64,000 nucleotides of DNA from Octopus bimaculoides (taxonomy: Eukaryota). Below the pieces are notes generated by a model that was given only the letters and a program-made list of their open reading frames with translations, did no database searches and was not told where the DNA came from. The stretch lies in assembly GCF_001194135.2 (NCBI RefSeq), contig NC_068982.1, positions 47,440,654-47,504,653 on the forward strand, written 5' to 3'. This document shows positions 1 through 12,827 of this stretch, piece by piece; positions within the stretch are counted from its first letter, which is position 1; every line of letters starts with the position of its first letter. A program made the position numbers and the translations under genes.

Positions 1-329
1 CAAAATAAACTAGATTTCTAAGTATTTATGACAAATTTGATATTCTCCTAAACATTCAAATAAAATTCCTTCCTATCCTAACAAATATTTTACTTATAAT
101 TTAGTGTGAATTAAGTTTTTTTTTAATGATTACCACGTGATATACCTTCTGGTTTAGGGCAAATAGAGATATATTCTCTACTTTTAAAGACAGAACTAAT
201 CAGGTTGGAAATGGAAATAAAATCACAGTGGTTTCCAAAGCAAAAGTTTACTCATTACAACAGTGCTCAGATACATTTTAATCTGTGTTATGCAATGGAA
301 ATGGAAAAAAATTTACAGGAACAACTTAC

Positions 330-374
330 CCCAGAGTTATTCTGAAATTTGATATTTGCTTTACGATGTACATC
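330..374 (-). CDS. ELL: ELL coding exon 2 (45 nt, DVHRKANIKFQNNSG)
   Basis: Strong acceptor tttttcttttcctttatttttcag| and donor GGG|GTAAGT; phase 0-0 and in frame with exon 1; peptide aligns with human ELL exon 2 (DSVSLRPSIRFQGSQG). Exon 3 not found in 1-329, so the gene continues left of the window. Confidence 0.88.
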
Positions 375-2393
375 CTGAAAAATAAAGGAAAAGAAAAATA
401 TTAAAGAACTGTCGGTGTGTGTGTTTATGTATACATATATAGACACTGACATACATATTAAATTGTAACACTAAATGATTAAGATTTTAAATATAAATTA
501 TGAGGTATAACCAGGACAGAAAATGAGAACAGATCCTCCCACAAGAGTTGATCATGAATCTGTTGCATACCAAGCAACTGCACTGCCAATTACTCAAATC
601 ATTACCATATAAACAAATAGTATTCCACAGTGTTGAGGAGGCCTATCAGCAGGTGGTTAAATAACTATGAAATTATCTGCAATCTACATGTGATAGGAGG
701 TGAGAGTGCTGTTAGTCTTACAAGGACAGGATCGCTTTGGTGCAATTGCCAATGCGGCAGCTTGATATGGTTTAAGTTCCATAGCAGAAATTGCTTGTTT
801 CAGCCCTGAGTGTGCATACAGATGTGTGTGAATGCGTGTGTCTGCATAAATACACAATTAAGATGACCTTAATTAGAAGCTGGAAAGTAATTAAAATTTA
901 CTTGTTATAGTAAACATACATTAATTGTCTGAAGTTAATTCAAATGAAATATTTTAATTCCACTATTTATAATCACGATAAGATTAAGTTCCATCTGGAT
1001 ATGAGCTTGGTAGCACTGAAGCTACATCTATATGGATCACATTTCATGTTTTTACAGGAAGAAAGGTAAACATAATAGTATAAAAGATTGAATTATTGAG
1101 GTAGGGGAACCAACCCAGAATTACTCCAAGAAAAGAAAAAGAAAGGGGGGATTAAGCAGCAAAAGATGGGAGGGGAGCAGTTCATGCACCCCAAACCAAA
1201 TCATACATTCAGCAGAGCCTCTCACACACACACACACACACACACAATTACAAAATGTTGCCACAGAGAATGGCCAGTGACACTTGCTGCAACAGCCACC
1301 CTATCACGTGGGGCTTATTTCTGAAGCAAAGCTACAATTTGAATGGTCATACAAAATACTACTCGGATATTCTCTATCCAACACTGTTTACAACCCACTT
1401 CACACCACATTAGCACCAAAATACATTGGGCCTTACACAGGTGTCCAATAACACCTTTAGATTAAGATTTTCAGTTTCTGTAGCTATTGATTGATTTTAC
1501 TAGCTTTTCTCTAACGTATGTTATTTTTAAATATTATTTGCTCCCATGTTACAAAATGTTTTAAAAATAAAAAAGATGCTTAATGACTTGGTTTTGTTGC
1601 AATAAATATGAAAACTAGTATACAAGCAATAAAAACAAGAAATATTTTAAGGGGCTTAGAAAATACAAGAATAACCCCCCCCCCCATTTTTTTGTTGTGA
1701 ACCTATCTAAATACTAAACTTCTTATTTGTTTCCATATGTAAGTGCATACTTTTAAAAACCATAAACCGACATGGTCTAGTTTCCAGCAATCTATAGCAA
1801 AATCTTTATGAAACATTTGTGAATATCAGCTTTGTAAGCAAAGTCAAATATAATGCTGCATAACTAACATTAACTGTGAAATTGATAATTTGCAGCAGCT
1901 GTGGTTGATATTAGTGACAGCTCAAAAAAAAAAACATGTACCAAACCTACAGACCACTCCTCATTGGCTTGTGTCAATGAGTAGACAGCACCAACCACAG
2001 AAAGAGAATGCATAGGCATGTATAAAGGTATATATAAATTACCCTATGATTTTAGAAACTGTATGGGTGAACTTGGTAGTTATGAAGAACCTACAATGCC
2101 AGTTGGTAATGACATGGCACAAGCTTCAAGAGAATAATCTCCCTGCAGTATCAGGTTATGAAAAAAATACAACATACAAGTACACATGTGATGTTCTAAT
2201 AACAGGATTGTTAAAGAAATTAAATTTGGCACACTGAGTTAAAACGTTTGCCATCACTGGTCTACTAATAATAAAACAACAAAAACAATGGCAAAAAGCA
2301 GAAATATTTATGCCTGAAGTGATACTAATGAGAGAGAGAGAGAGATAGATAGAGAGAAAGAGAAAGAGAGAAAGAGAGAGAGAGATATGGGTA

Positions 2394-2495
2394 CAGAAGT
2401 AACTGTGTGGTATGAAGCTTGCTTCTCAACCACATGGTTCTGGGTTCAGTCCCACTGCATTACATCTTGGGCAAGTGACTTCTACTATAGCCTCC
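2394..2495 (+). mobile_element. Dominant SINE head fragment
   Basis: CTGTGTGGTATGAAGCTTGCTTC...TTCTACTATAGCC. Similar fragments at ~18490-18625 (-) and ~21085-21215 (+). Confidence 0.7.
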
Positions 2496-5400
2496 TTTGC
2501 ACTAATGAACTGAATGTGATATGGAGATCCTGTGACACACAATAGTGACTAGCATATTTGTATTTGAATCTGTCAAGATGTATTAAGACTAAATATGCAA
2601 ATCATCATTTCACATCCCTCAATACATGGTGCAAATAGTGTTTTTAAATTATAGGTTGTTGATCTCCATTTAGAACTATATTAAATCACATTATGAAAGA
2701 ATACCAGGATAGAATATTTAAAATATAATTTGAAAGAACACTGACATGGAATATTTCAAGGATATTGTCAAAGAACATTGAAATATTTATGGGACAGTTT
2801 GAAACAGTGAGAAACTATTAAAGATGATGTGTTGGGAATGATATTTAATTGATATTCTCAAAGAACACTGAAATGAAACACGTAAAGAATATCTTGAAAG
2901 AATGCAGGGAGAGTATTTAAAGAATATTTTAAAAGCCAAATAAAAAAGTTCAAGAAACTGAAAAATGCACGTTAATGCAAACGAGCTATTATATTTAAGT
3001 ATACACTAGAAAGTATATACATGAAAAAGGAATGAGAGCTATTGCATTTATGGTGTAGATCCAAAAAATGAGCTAGCCTAGAAGTTGTGATATGTGTTGG
3101 AATGAAATGCTCCATGTATTTTCCCTTGCTAGTGTGATGGGTAGAGGGGTTGACAGGCAGCTATGAGCAAGAGTGTAAAAGGAAACAGATAGAATGGCAA
3201 CAGTGTAGTATGAAAACGATTCCAATTACTTAACAGTTATGTGATTGTAGATTTGTAATATGTGCCACCACATGAGCAAGGACAGATAAATTAATATAAG
3301 AGATGCATTATTTGGCAAGGTAAACTGACAGGTATAAGAGGAACTTGGTTTTCTAAATCTGATAATGGATAAGATCTTTAGTCAACAGCATCCTGCCAGA
3401 ATTTAAATATAAACTGATGATTTTGTTAGTCACCAATACTAAAACTATTTGGGTTAAAAAAAAAAGTTTGCTTTCTTCGTAGGTAGAAATTAAATCTTTT
3501 TCATATAAATCAGTAGCTTCAAATTCAACTTCAAAATTAAGAACTCTCGTATTATTCAATTCTACAATAAGATACTATGTAGCAATCAAAGATAAATAAA
3601 ACAATTTAATCAAGTTGTTCACATACAATTTTAACAGAAGTTTATGCAAACAAAATATATCTCACATTTCTGAGGTCAAAGTCTGATAGTGAATTGGCTT
3701 TCCTCATCTCAAGTGTTAATAATGAGGGGTTGGGGTTCCCCTCATATATCTAAATAAGTATTAACTATTAAAAAAAAATGAGAAGATTCCTTTGTTGGTT
3801 ACATCTGTTTTTCCATGATAACACAGATGAATACTTATTAAAATATAGCTTCATGGCTGGATGTTTTCCCTGTCACTAAGTGAGGAAGATTTTCATCCCA
3901 CTCTTCTTAAAAAGAGTAGAACTAAAGAAGTGGTTGATTAGGAAATAGTGACAAATGACAGAGTCTATAGTTCAGCTTAGTGCAGAATGCAGAGTCATGC
4001 TGACACATATGCAAGCATCTATTTGTGTGTGTATGTGTACGGCAAACTGCATAGTTTCTATCAACCAAATTCCATCACAAGTTAACCCAGGGTGATACAA
4101 GTCCTTTGCCTAAGATGCCACACAATAAAGCCTGAACGTGAAACGACATGATTGCAAAAGGAGTTAACCATAGTCATGCCTGCATGTATACATTACTACT
4201 TAACTCTTGTTATGTAACATCCTCTTAAAAGTTCCATGATGATTGTTACACAATGGGACCTTACATTAGAGAGCTCCTCACTACCTTCAAAATGAATGTA
4301 AACAAGGTTGTGACTTGACCCTTAAGATACCAACCTCTGGCTCTGTCCTACAAATGTCTTGTTTTCAAAAGTTCTGAATTAAAATCTTCCAAACCTTAGT
4401 CACAACTTTTTTACACTACTGTTCGCTTTTACCACCAATTTATGATCTTAGAAATCCAGCTACAGCCATTAAACTTACACACACCCAATCATGCCAAAAA
4501 AAATAGTAATGTGTTTGTATATGGGTGATTGGATGTAGAAATTTTACTTAGAAGTAATTACTATTATTAACAATCAAAACTGTCCAAATTTTCTCCCTTT
4601 TTCTTTTTAAGTTTCCAACTATATAATTTAACATCTAACAACTAATTTATTGAAATTTAATACCCTCTGTATATTTTACTCCTCATTTAAATATGGCATA
4701 ATTTGAGTTCATTTGTGACAAAAAAAGAAATCCAAATGCTTCAAACTTATTTATATTATACATATATTTTGTCTACTAACACAGGTGACTAGATTTTGAC
4801 GTCTACGATAGTTGAGAGAGAGAGAGAGAACTTTAATGAAACTTGAAACTTGCTTTAATACCAAGCAGCTACTTTTATCTCAAATTGTTTAACATTCTAT
4901 CAGCTTTTCGATATGAAATTGCGTCTTGAAAGCTATCAAGTTATAAAATCTACACTTAAATAATATCTTTTGATACACAAAATATTAGCATACATACATA
5001 ATCAGGTCAAACCTATTACTGACATTTACAGTAATATGAACTGTAAGCAAGAACATATTCTAATGAATGCAAGTATGAAGAACAGCTGAAATCTTAAAAG
5101 CTAACTGTCAACTATTGCATCAACATGTCAGTTTTATATCTTTTTATCAACTTCACCAAATGAGAATTTATTGGATAACCAATTTTGTTGGCAGTGAAAT
5201 CTTGCTATGATAAAAATCTAGACAAAGTAAATGACCTGGTAATGACAGTAGTTTTTATTCAGTCCAGGTCAGCTCTGTTTGTGTAGACTTATAAAAAAAG
5301 GTACACCAGCAATAACCATTGTCTTTCACAGAGTTTCTAGAACTACATTACCCAACGTGTCCCTCTATCCTTAACTCTTGACACAAACCTGCATAAGACC

Positions 5401-6495
5401 AGTTTCTATGCTTATACACGTTTAATTTTTATTTATTTATTCATGTTTATATCTACTTTTTTTCATTTCTTTCTGATATCTATTTAATTTATACCAAAAC
5501 AAAGAAATGAAAGTAAGTAGATATAAACAAATGAATAAATAAATAAAAGTAAATTAAACGAACATGTATAAACAAGGGATACTGATAATGCAGGCACCAT
5601 ACACATTCCCACACATTCACAGAGATATATACATGTGCAAATAAAGACACATACAACAGGAATACAAAATGGCAGATCGTTAGTAAAGAGAGACAAAAAA
5701 AAAAAAAAGCAAAGGACCACTGATGAGGTCACAGGAGTGTGATGAAAGAACTCTGGCTGAAATAAGATTGATATAAAATAAATCTGAAGCAAGTGAACAC
5801 CAAATATATAGTGCATGTGTTTTCATTGGCTAAACTGACAACATGACCATCCCCAAATACAACAATACTAAATAAACTACAATACATATAATGTATAATA
5901 CATTAGCTTGCTGATTATTCCAAAAGATTACAAATCTTTGCCAGCCTTATGTGTGGCATCTTTCAGTTTACACAATAAAAACACATTGATGTCTACTTGC
6001 ATTGTCAAAAAAACAAACAAATGTAGCCATGGCATGGTCATTCAGCCTGCCTAAAACAGGAACCAACTCCTTTAAATTACCGTATTCTCAAAGGGGGAAA
6101 AAAACACAGTGGATAACGTGATGGTCAAGAGCACTGACCCAAGGTATATTACACCCAGGAATATGTGATGGTCATAATTGGAATGCTGTTATAGGAACAA
6201 ATAATTTCCAGTGTACAACAGCAACTGTGCTAAATTCATACTCAACACAGCTGTCCAAACTGAGTAAAAACAAAAAACAAAAAAAAAACACAGTAATAAC
6301 TACACTAAGCAACACTAGCAAACAGAACTGTTAACCCTACAATGCCCATTGTTAATAAGTATTGGTGTTTCAAATACTATGCTTTTGTGGAAAGAAAACA
6401 TCAAAACCGAAAGCTTGGACAGGCTCCAAGAATTCATTACATTAAATACCATAGCATGTAAGCAATATCTGGCAATTTGTTGCACAATTGATACA

Positions 6496-6526
<31 letters not shown>

Positions 6527-8961
6527 TATTTAAAATAAAAAACAGTTCTGCATGCTGATAATTTAGAGGATATAGGGTTAACAATTACATGTTCCATTCA
6601 ATAAGTTTGCTTCACTGTCATAATGTCCAACATTGCAATTTGTGTAACATCTTAGGTGTTTACTACCATATCCATAGGTCTAGCCAAGCCTTATGAGTGA
6701 AACTATGGGAGCCCATCAAATGGACTGTACCTAAAATTCAAAAGTAGTCTCTGTCACAGGATGACTGTGGAATACTCAGCCACTTACACTTATTTATTGA
6801 GAAGGCAGCTCAGTTGTCAAACCTAAAGCCATGTTAATAATAGTGAGTTCATTGTCCGATTCAACTCTTTTTTATTTTTTTAGTTTTGTTTGAAGAGTCA
6901 AGTGAAAGAGAATTGTCATTCAGTTCTTAATTGTAAGTTGCAGTTTATTAAGCCAATTTCTTTGGATTTTTTCTCCCTTCAATTTTTGAACATGGTTAGA
7001 AATTAGAAATATTATGATTTAATTAGAAAAAGAGAACTTGGGAGAAAATAATCAGTGATATTTCAATGTCATCTGTACATGCCAGCAATCTAAGTGATGT
7101 TGAGATTTATTGATTCTGAACAGGAATGGAATTATTACATAGTTGATCATTGATTGCATTGATGTTTCCATTAGTGATGTAGGTCCTACAAAACCATTAA
7201 ACACAAAATTTTTTTGAAGAATGATAGGCAATGAGACAAGGCATACACTTCAACAGGATACTATGTCAATGACAATAATGAAAGAATGTCTTGGAATGTT
7301 TTTCTCAATGCTAGTAGCATGGCTTCTAAGTTACAGAAACAAATGAAACACAAATTCAGCTTTAAAACAGGAAACCAATGCCCAGGAATTGAATTGCTAT
7401 TTTGTAAATAAACGTGGAAACACTTAAGCTGTAGCAACTTAACTAATGTTCAGCCCACCTGGATAAGTAACAGTGACATGGCAACAAATAAAAACTATAT
7501 TCACAATGTACGCCAATGATCAATTTATATCAGCAAATTTCATCCAAATCCATTTTACACAGGGCAAAATGCATTTCATGAAAATCCCCAAGTTTCTAAC
7601 AGGATTAGGAAAAGTATAGATAGAAAGCACTGTAGACCTTTTAAAAGTCAAAAAAACATTTATGAAGCTAAGCCAAAAAAATTCGAGAATCAAAACACAA
7701 ACAAGAGAAAGAGTTTTATATATGGCTATGAAGAGTCTAACTTGCAGGCTCGAAATAGAAAGTCCTTAATATTTATGGCAACTTCCATTTTAAATAGGCA
7801 TATTTCATCTCAATGAAAGTGATTACAAAGCTCTTAATTACACACACACACACACACAAAGTAGTGGAAAAATACAACAGCCAATAAAATATATGGTGTA
7901 ATTTGATAATTTTATTTTAACATCAAGCTTTTATTATAGGACACGTGTTGTAAAATAACTTCATATTACATCTGGTAAAATAAAGTACTTATGACATATA
8001 TTAAATATCAACTATAACATTTTTATACTATTTGACTATTAAGCTGTTCTTGATTGTGCAAACCTTCAATGGAAGCATTCCAGCCTTGATCATTTAGTCC
8101 TTTTGAAGACAGTGGCTCCAAGAATGCACTCATGTGTCCTTTTTCAGACAGTGGAATACAATCTGAAGGAAATTTCGCTACTACTTCTAGCAAGTCAAAA
8201 TCATAAAGCTCCTACATTAGCTTGTGTTTATTTGAAATATAATGCTGTTCTGAAAGTTATCCTTGAATGAGCAGACCTATGATCAAAAGAATTTAAGATG
8301 TGGCCATCCCACCTTTAATCCAGACAGTATATCTAAGATGACATTCTAATAAATGCTTCTTATTTTTATAAAAAGACATCGAAAGTTACCTCGAGGGAAG
8401 GAAATTTCTTAAGCATTTGTTGCACACTGTCATACTAAATCTGGTCAAGGATTATGTTATGGGAATATGAATGTGAAATACTCAGTTACATAAGTCCACA
8501 TAACTCTGTAAGGAGAATAAGGCTGGTTTCTCTGGCATATATATTCCTTCCTGGACGAGATGCTGTTAAGTGGATACTGGAACAACGTGAAATGAAACAT
8601 ACTGCTCAAGAGCACCAATGTATCGCCCAGTCCAAGACTGAAACCACAATCTTAGTCACGAGTCAAACACCCTAACCACTAAGCTACCTGCCTCCACTCT
8701 GCCACTTACATAATATAATAAAATAAGTAGACACTGAATAACCGGATAAAGTCGTTAAAAGTAGAAGGAAAAATTTATGATCCTTGGTAGAACAGACACT
8801 CAAATGAGAATTTCTTATTATTTGCTGTAGCTTTCAAGAGCACTGCAGCTAATTTCTTACAATATATCCATGCATATTTACAAGTATATGAGGGTTGATT
8901 CTTAATTTCTAAGTCTCAATCCAAAGCAAGATTTAGGTAAAAATTTAAAACAACAACTAAA

Positions 8962-9234
8962 GGAAGCTCACGGGCATATGGTGTAGTGATTGAGAGTGCA
9001 GGCTACTAACCCCAAGATTCCGAGTTCGATTCCAAGCAGTGACCCGAACAATAACAATAATAATAACAACATTGAAAAAATACCATAGGAATGAGAACCA
9101 AGGTTCGAAATTTCCCCCAAGACACCTGAAGAAGGCTGGAGGGTATATCAGTCAAAATGTGTTAACAAATAAGATGAGGACAAATATCAGTCGAATGTAA
9201 ATAATTCCTCATCTCTTAAATATAGAACTGTGTT
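8962..9234 (+). mobile_element. tRNA-headed SINE with a hammerhead-like 3' segment
   Basis: A-box TGGTGTAGTGAT (8979), B-box GAGTTCGATTCC (~9022), (AAT/AAC)n linker, hammerhead-like motif 9121-9163, candidate 7-bp TSD AACTAAA at 8955-8961 and 9235-9241. Confidence 0.75.
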
Positions 9235-10761
9235 AACTAAAAGCTTATTGAAAAAAAAAAATTTTTTTTAACTAAAATCTAGAACATCAAATGGGTTTAC
9301 TCATTTAACCATTAGTAAAAATGATGTATAGAAATAAAAAACATGCATGAGTAGTAAAGCTTTTGTATTGTTCTTTGTAATATCTAGTGATTACTCAGGT
9401 ATCCTACTAAATGATTATAAGTAGTAATTTGACAGTTAATGTTTATGAGACCCACTCATTAATCAATAGCATGGTTGCTTGGCAAACAATAGGTGTGGTT
9501 CAATTGTCAGCAAGGGGTCTTTTGTACTTGTAACTGCCATTACACACACACACACACACACAAATATGGGTATTGGAAAATTCAGTTTCTCACTATAACT
9601 AAACAGTTTCTTCCAACCCAGGATGAAAATACTAGTCTATGCATGATAATGGACTTCTAATAAAACTGTTCCTCTAAAAATGGATTGAGTTTTTACTGTG
9701 TTAATCTCTGATTTCAAAGAAATACACAATGTTCTTACGTTTGTAAGAGGTGACTAAAATGGTTGATGACAAAGTATTCGGTCATCTAAAAAAAAATAAA
9801 TAAATAAAAACACTGTCAAACCCATGCCAGCATGATGACAGACATAAAAAGCTGCCAAAGAAGGGGTATTCAGTTCTTAATTTGAGGTCAATGGACAGGA
9901 TTCTCATACTTCAATACATGTATGTTATGTAAAAATCTTATCCAGAGGATTATGTAACCCCAACTCTTGGAATTACACTATGACAAATTCAGAAGTTTAT
10001 TTATCTATGTTCGTGAAGCAAAACAATTTTACCCACGGCTAAACTGATAGTGTAAAATTTACTTCTTTTTTCTTTCTTCTTCTTTTGGTATAATTATTAC
10101 TATATGATCAGTTCCTTAAATAAAAACAGTATCTAACCATGAATCAATGATACAGGCAGTTTTAAATATATCCAAAATTTTGCAACATTTAAATTCATTT
10201 ATGAGCAAGGACTATATTCTCTATTTTTTCATTTTATCCATATTCAACACAGAGGAAAAAAATATCAGGCCTCAAACTTTGCCAACTATTGCATCACTAC
10301 CCACCGCCATTTCACACCACATATGGTAAATATTACATGATTCAGGAAGTAGCTCATGTCTACTTATACTCATTTTTTTTTTTAAAGAGATTCCTGAATA
10401 TCAAGACAACTAGATCTGTCATAATGCAAAAATACCATTTCAAGTGCTAATAAAAATAAACAACATTCTAGATATGTTAGCTAATTACTACTTAAAATAG
10501 TCTCGACTATGGAAATAATGGAATATACAGAATATAGATCCTGAACATAAAGAGTATTTTGCTGGAGTTAGTCAAAATAACTTGTCTTCATTTGCTAATG
10601 TAGCCAAGCATATAGGATATTATTTGAAGTTCGAAATTGAGAAATGAAGCTTCTAAAATGTTATTTGAAGTTAATAAAACTTGCAAACCTTTCCCAAAAG
10701 AACAAATTCAAAAACAAGACATCTCTATTGGTTAAAAATACCCAAGTTTTTCGATTTTTAA

Positions 10762-10979
10762 CCCTTTCGTTACTGTATTTATTTTGAGATGTTGTGTTTC
10801 TTTCAGTTATTTTAAATATAACAAAGAATTTAGTAAAATAACTTGGTTATCATTAAGCTAGTGTTGGGAACATAAATTGTGACTAAGGTTTGATGGAAGA
10901 TTTTAATTCAAAACTTATGAAAACAAGACATTTGCACTGAGAGCCAGAGCTGGTTTCAGCCGGGTTGGTATCAAAAGGG
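10762..10979. mobile_element. TTAA-flanked MITE (piggyBac-like), 218 bp
   Basis: TTAA|CCCTTT...AAAGGG|TTAA; a partial reverse-complement copy lies at ~4318-4415. Confidence 0.8.
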
Positions 10980-11236
10980 TTAAACCCCTAACTTTTTTTT
11001 TCCACAACATCAGACCTTCAAAACAATGAGACTGGAAGGCTATTTTGTGAATGGAAAAAAACTAGATCCTATTTGGCTTTAAAATAAAAAAAAGTGAGCT
11101 ATTTGAGAAAATGGTAAGGGAATGTAAGCAGATGAAACGAAGTTTAAATGCCTGTATGGAGAATGGACATATGATGATGATGGTATATCTTCAAGTATAG
11201 CATATGCATATTTTGAAAGACTTCAAATCTGTTTTT

Positions 11237-11368
11237 AAATTACTATTTCAGTGTTTCTAACAGTGTTGTGAAATATTCTTCATGGCTAGTCAAGAGGCCT
11301 TCAAATTACTATTTCAGTGTTTCTAACAGTGTTGTGAAATATTCTTCATGGCTAGTCAAGAGGCCTTC
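11237..11368. repeat. Perfect 66-bp tandem duplication
   Basis: AAATTACTATTTCAG...CAAGAGGCCTTC starts at 11237 and again at 11303 with no mismatch seen. Confidence 0.95.
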
Positions 11369-12523
11369 AAAAATTTGAAAACCTCAATCAAGGCAGCAAG
11401 AGAAAAAGTGCCCAGTCATGAGAAACAAATATAAATTTTAAAAAAAAAATCCAACCCGAAATACAAGAAGGGTGGATGAAATCTGCATAAAAGCAAAGAA
11501 AACTGGTTGGATCAGCTTTAGCAATTCATGAAGAAAAAAAAAAAAAAAGAAACAAAAGAACTGTTTACAGCCTGCTTTTAACCTCCTTTAGCAAAACTAC
11601 AAATACACTCAAGTTAGAAGCAATATATACAGCCTGATTGGACAGCTCCTGCTACAGAGCTTCTGGTAAAGGACAGCAGGGAGCAGGGCTAGCTTTCACA
11701 GCTGCTGTAGACCTGTAATATGAAAATAAGATGGGGTAGGCAGGTGGTCTGGAAAATAGATGTTAGGCTTGTTAATGGTCAATGAAAGAAGCCAGTTTTG
11801 TAGTTTCCTACATCAAAAATAATTTTCTCCCCATTTAAGTTTGATGAGTTCTTTCAACGCTCAACCCAAGCAAAACACACAAAAGATTGTAATGGGAAGG
11901 GAATACAATATGAACTAAAATCACCAACAATACACACACACATTTAGAAGATAATTTGTCAACCTCAATAAATACTTTTATTGCACTTATCCCCCACACA
12001 CACCCTTTTATAAGTTAAACATTAATGATTGCTTATTGCAAAAATAAGAGTAATTTAAACTATAACAAGCTCAACCAAGAACAATAACTACAAAATGAAT
12101 GTGTTGTTGTTTAGTCCCAGGTTAACTATAACTGCAAAGACATATCATGGATGTATTCCAACAAAGGTCATGTCATGTATTTTCCAGTATCTAGAACTTC
12201 ATTGTTTAACTCATTTGATACCAACTTACCCGAGATGGCTGGCCCTGGGTCAATGACAAACTTGTCAGAAAGTGATCTAAACTTTCTACTAATAAGCACA
12301 AGGCCTGAAAACTTAAAGAGGGAGGTGCTATTCAATTACAGCAATCCCAGTACCTAACTGGTACTTACTTTATTGACCCTGAACAGATAATAGGAGAAAT
12401 TGACCTAGGTGGACAAAATGAGGCTAATCATTCTGTTTGGAATACTAAAAGTTTGGTCAGCTCACCACCTTAAAACACCAGTTTATTTTACATAATTCAT
12501 TATTTTCAAAATTATTGGAAATA

Positions 12524-12827
12524 ACAGTAGTATAAGGTAATGTTTATTGCCACTTCAACATGGTTTTTCCATAGGAACTATTGCCTATAGCCCCAGGAGG
12601 ATGCCTCCTCTAGCTGGTTATCAATGCAATTTGCATGCAAGCAGAGGAGCATGGAATATGGTTTGGGTTTGCTCCCTTGCTTGCAATATATATTGGGTGC
12701 AAATTGCATAGATAACCAGCTGGAGGAGGCATCCTCCTGAGGTCAATAACGTTAGTAATGTTGGTTCCTATGGAACACCCATGTTAAAGTGGCAATCAAC
12801 ATTACTTCTCAGTATAGTTACTACTGT
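12524..12827. mobile_element. Palindromic MITE (~300 bp), Tc1/mariner-like CAGT termini
   Basis: ACAGTAGTA...TACTACTGT ends; arms pair over most of the length (e.g. GGAGGATGCCTCCTCTAGCTGGTTATC with GATAACCAGCTGGAGGAGGCATCCTCC). Confidence 0.8.

Noticed and set aside
3353-3559. Exon-like frame LNNTRVLNFEVEFEATDLYEKDLISTYEESK
   Set aside because: No family recognised, a poly-T run in the frame, no clear donor and incompatible with ELL phase; a TBLASTN search would settle it.
5720-5747. Hammerhead ribozyme (CUGAUGAG, 6-bp stem, GAAA)
   Set aside because: Stems I and III and a cleavage triplet cannot be built; treated as chance.
8972-9045. tRNA gene
   Set aside because: A and B boxes are present but no acceptor stem closes, and it runs into a SINE body with a candidate TSD.
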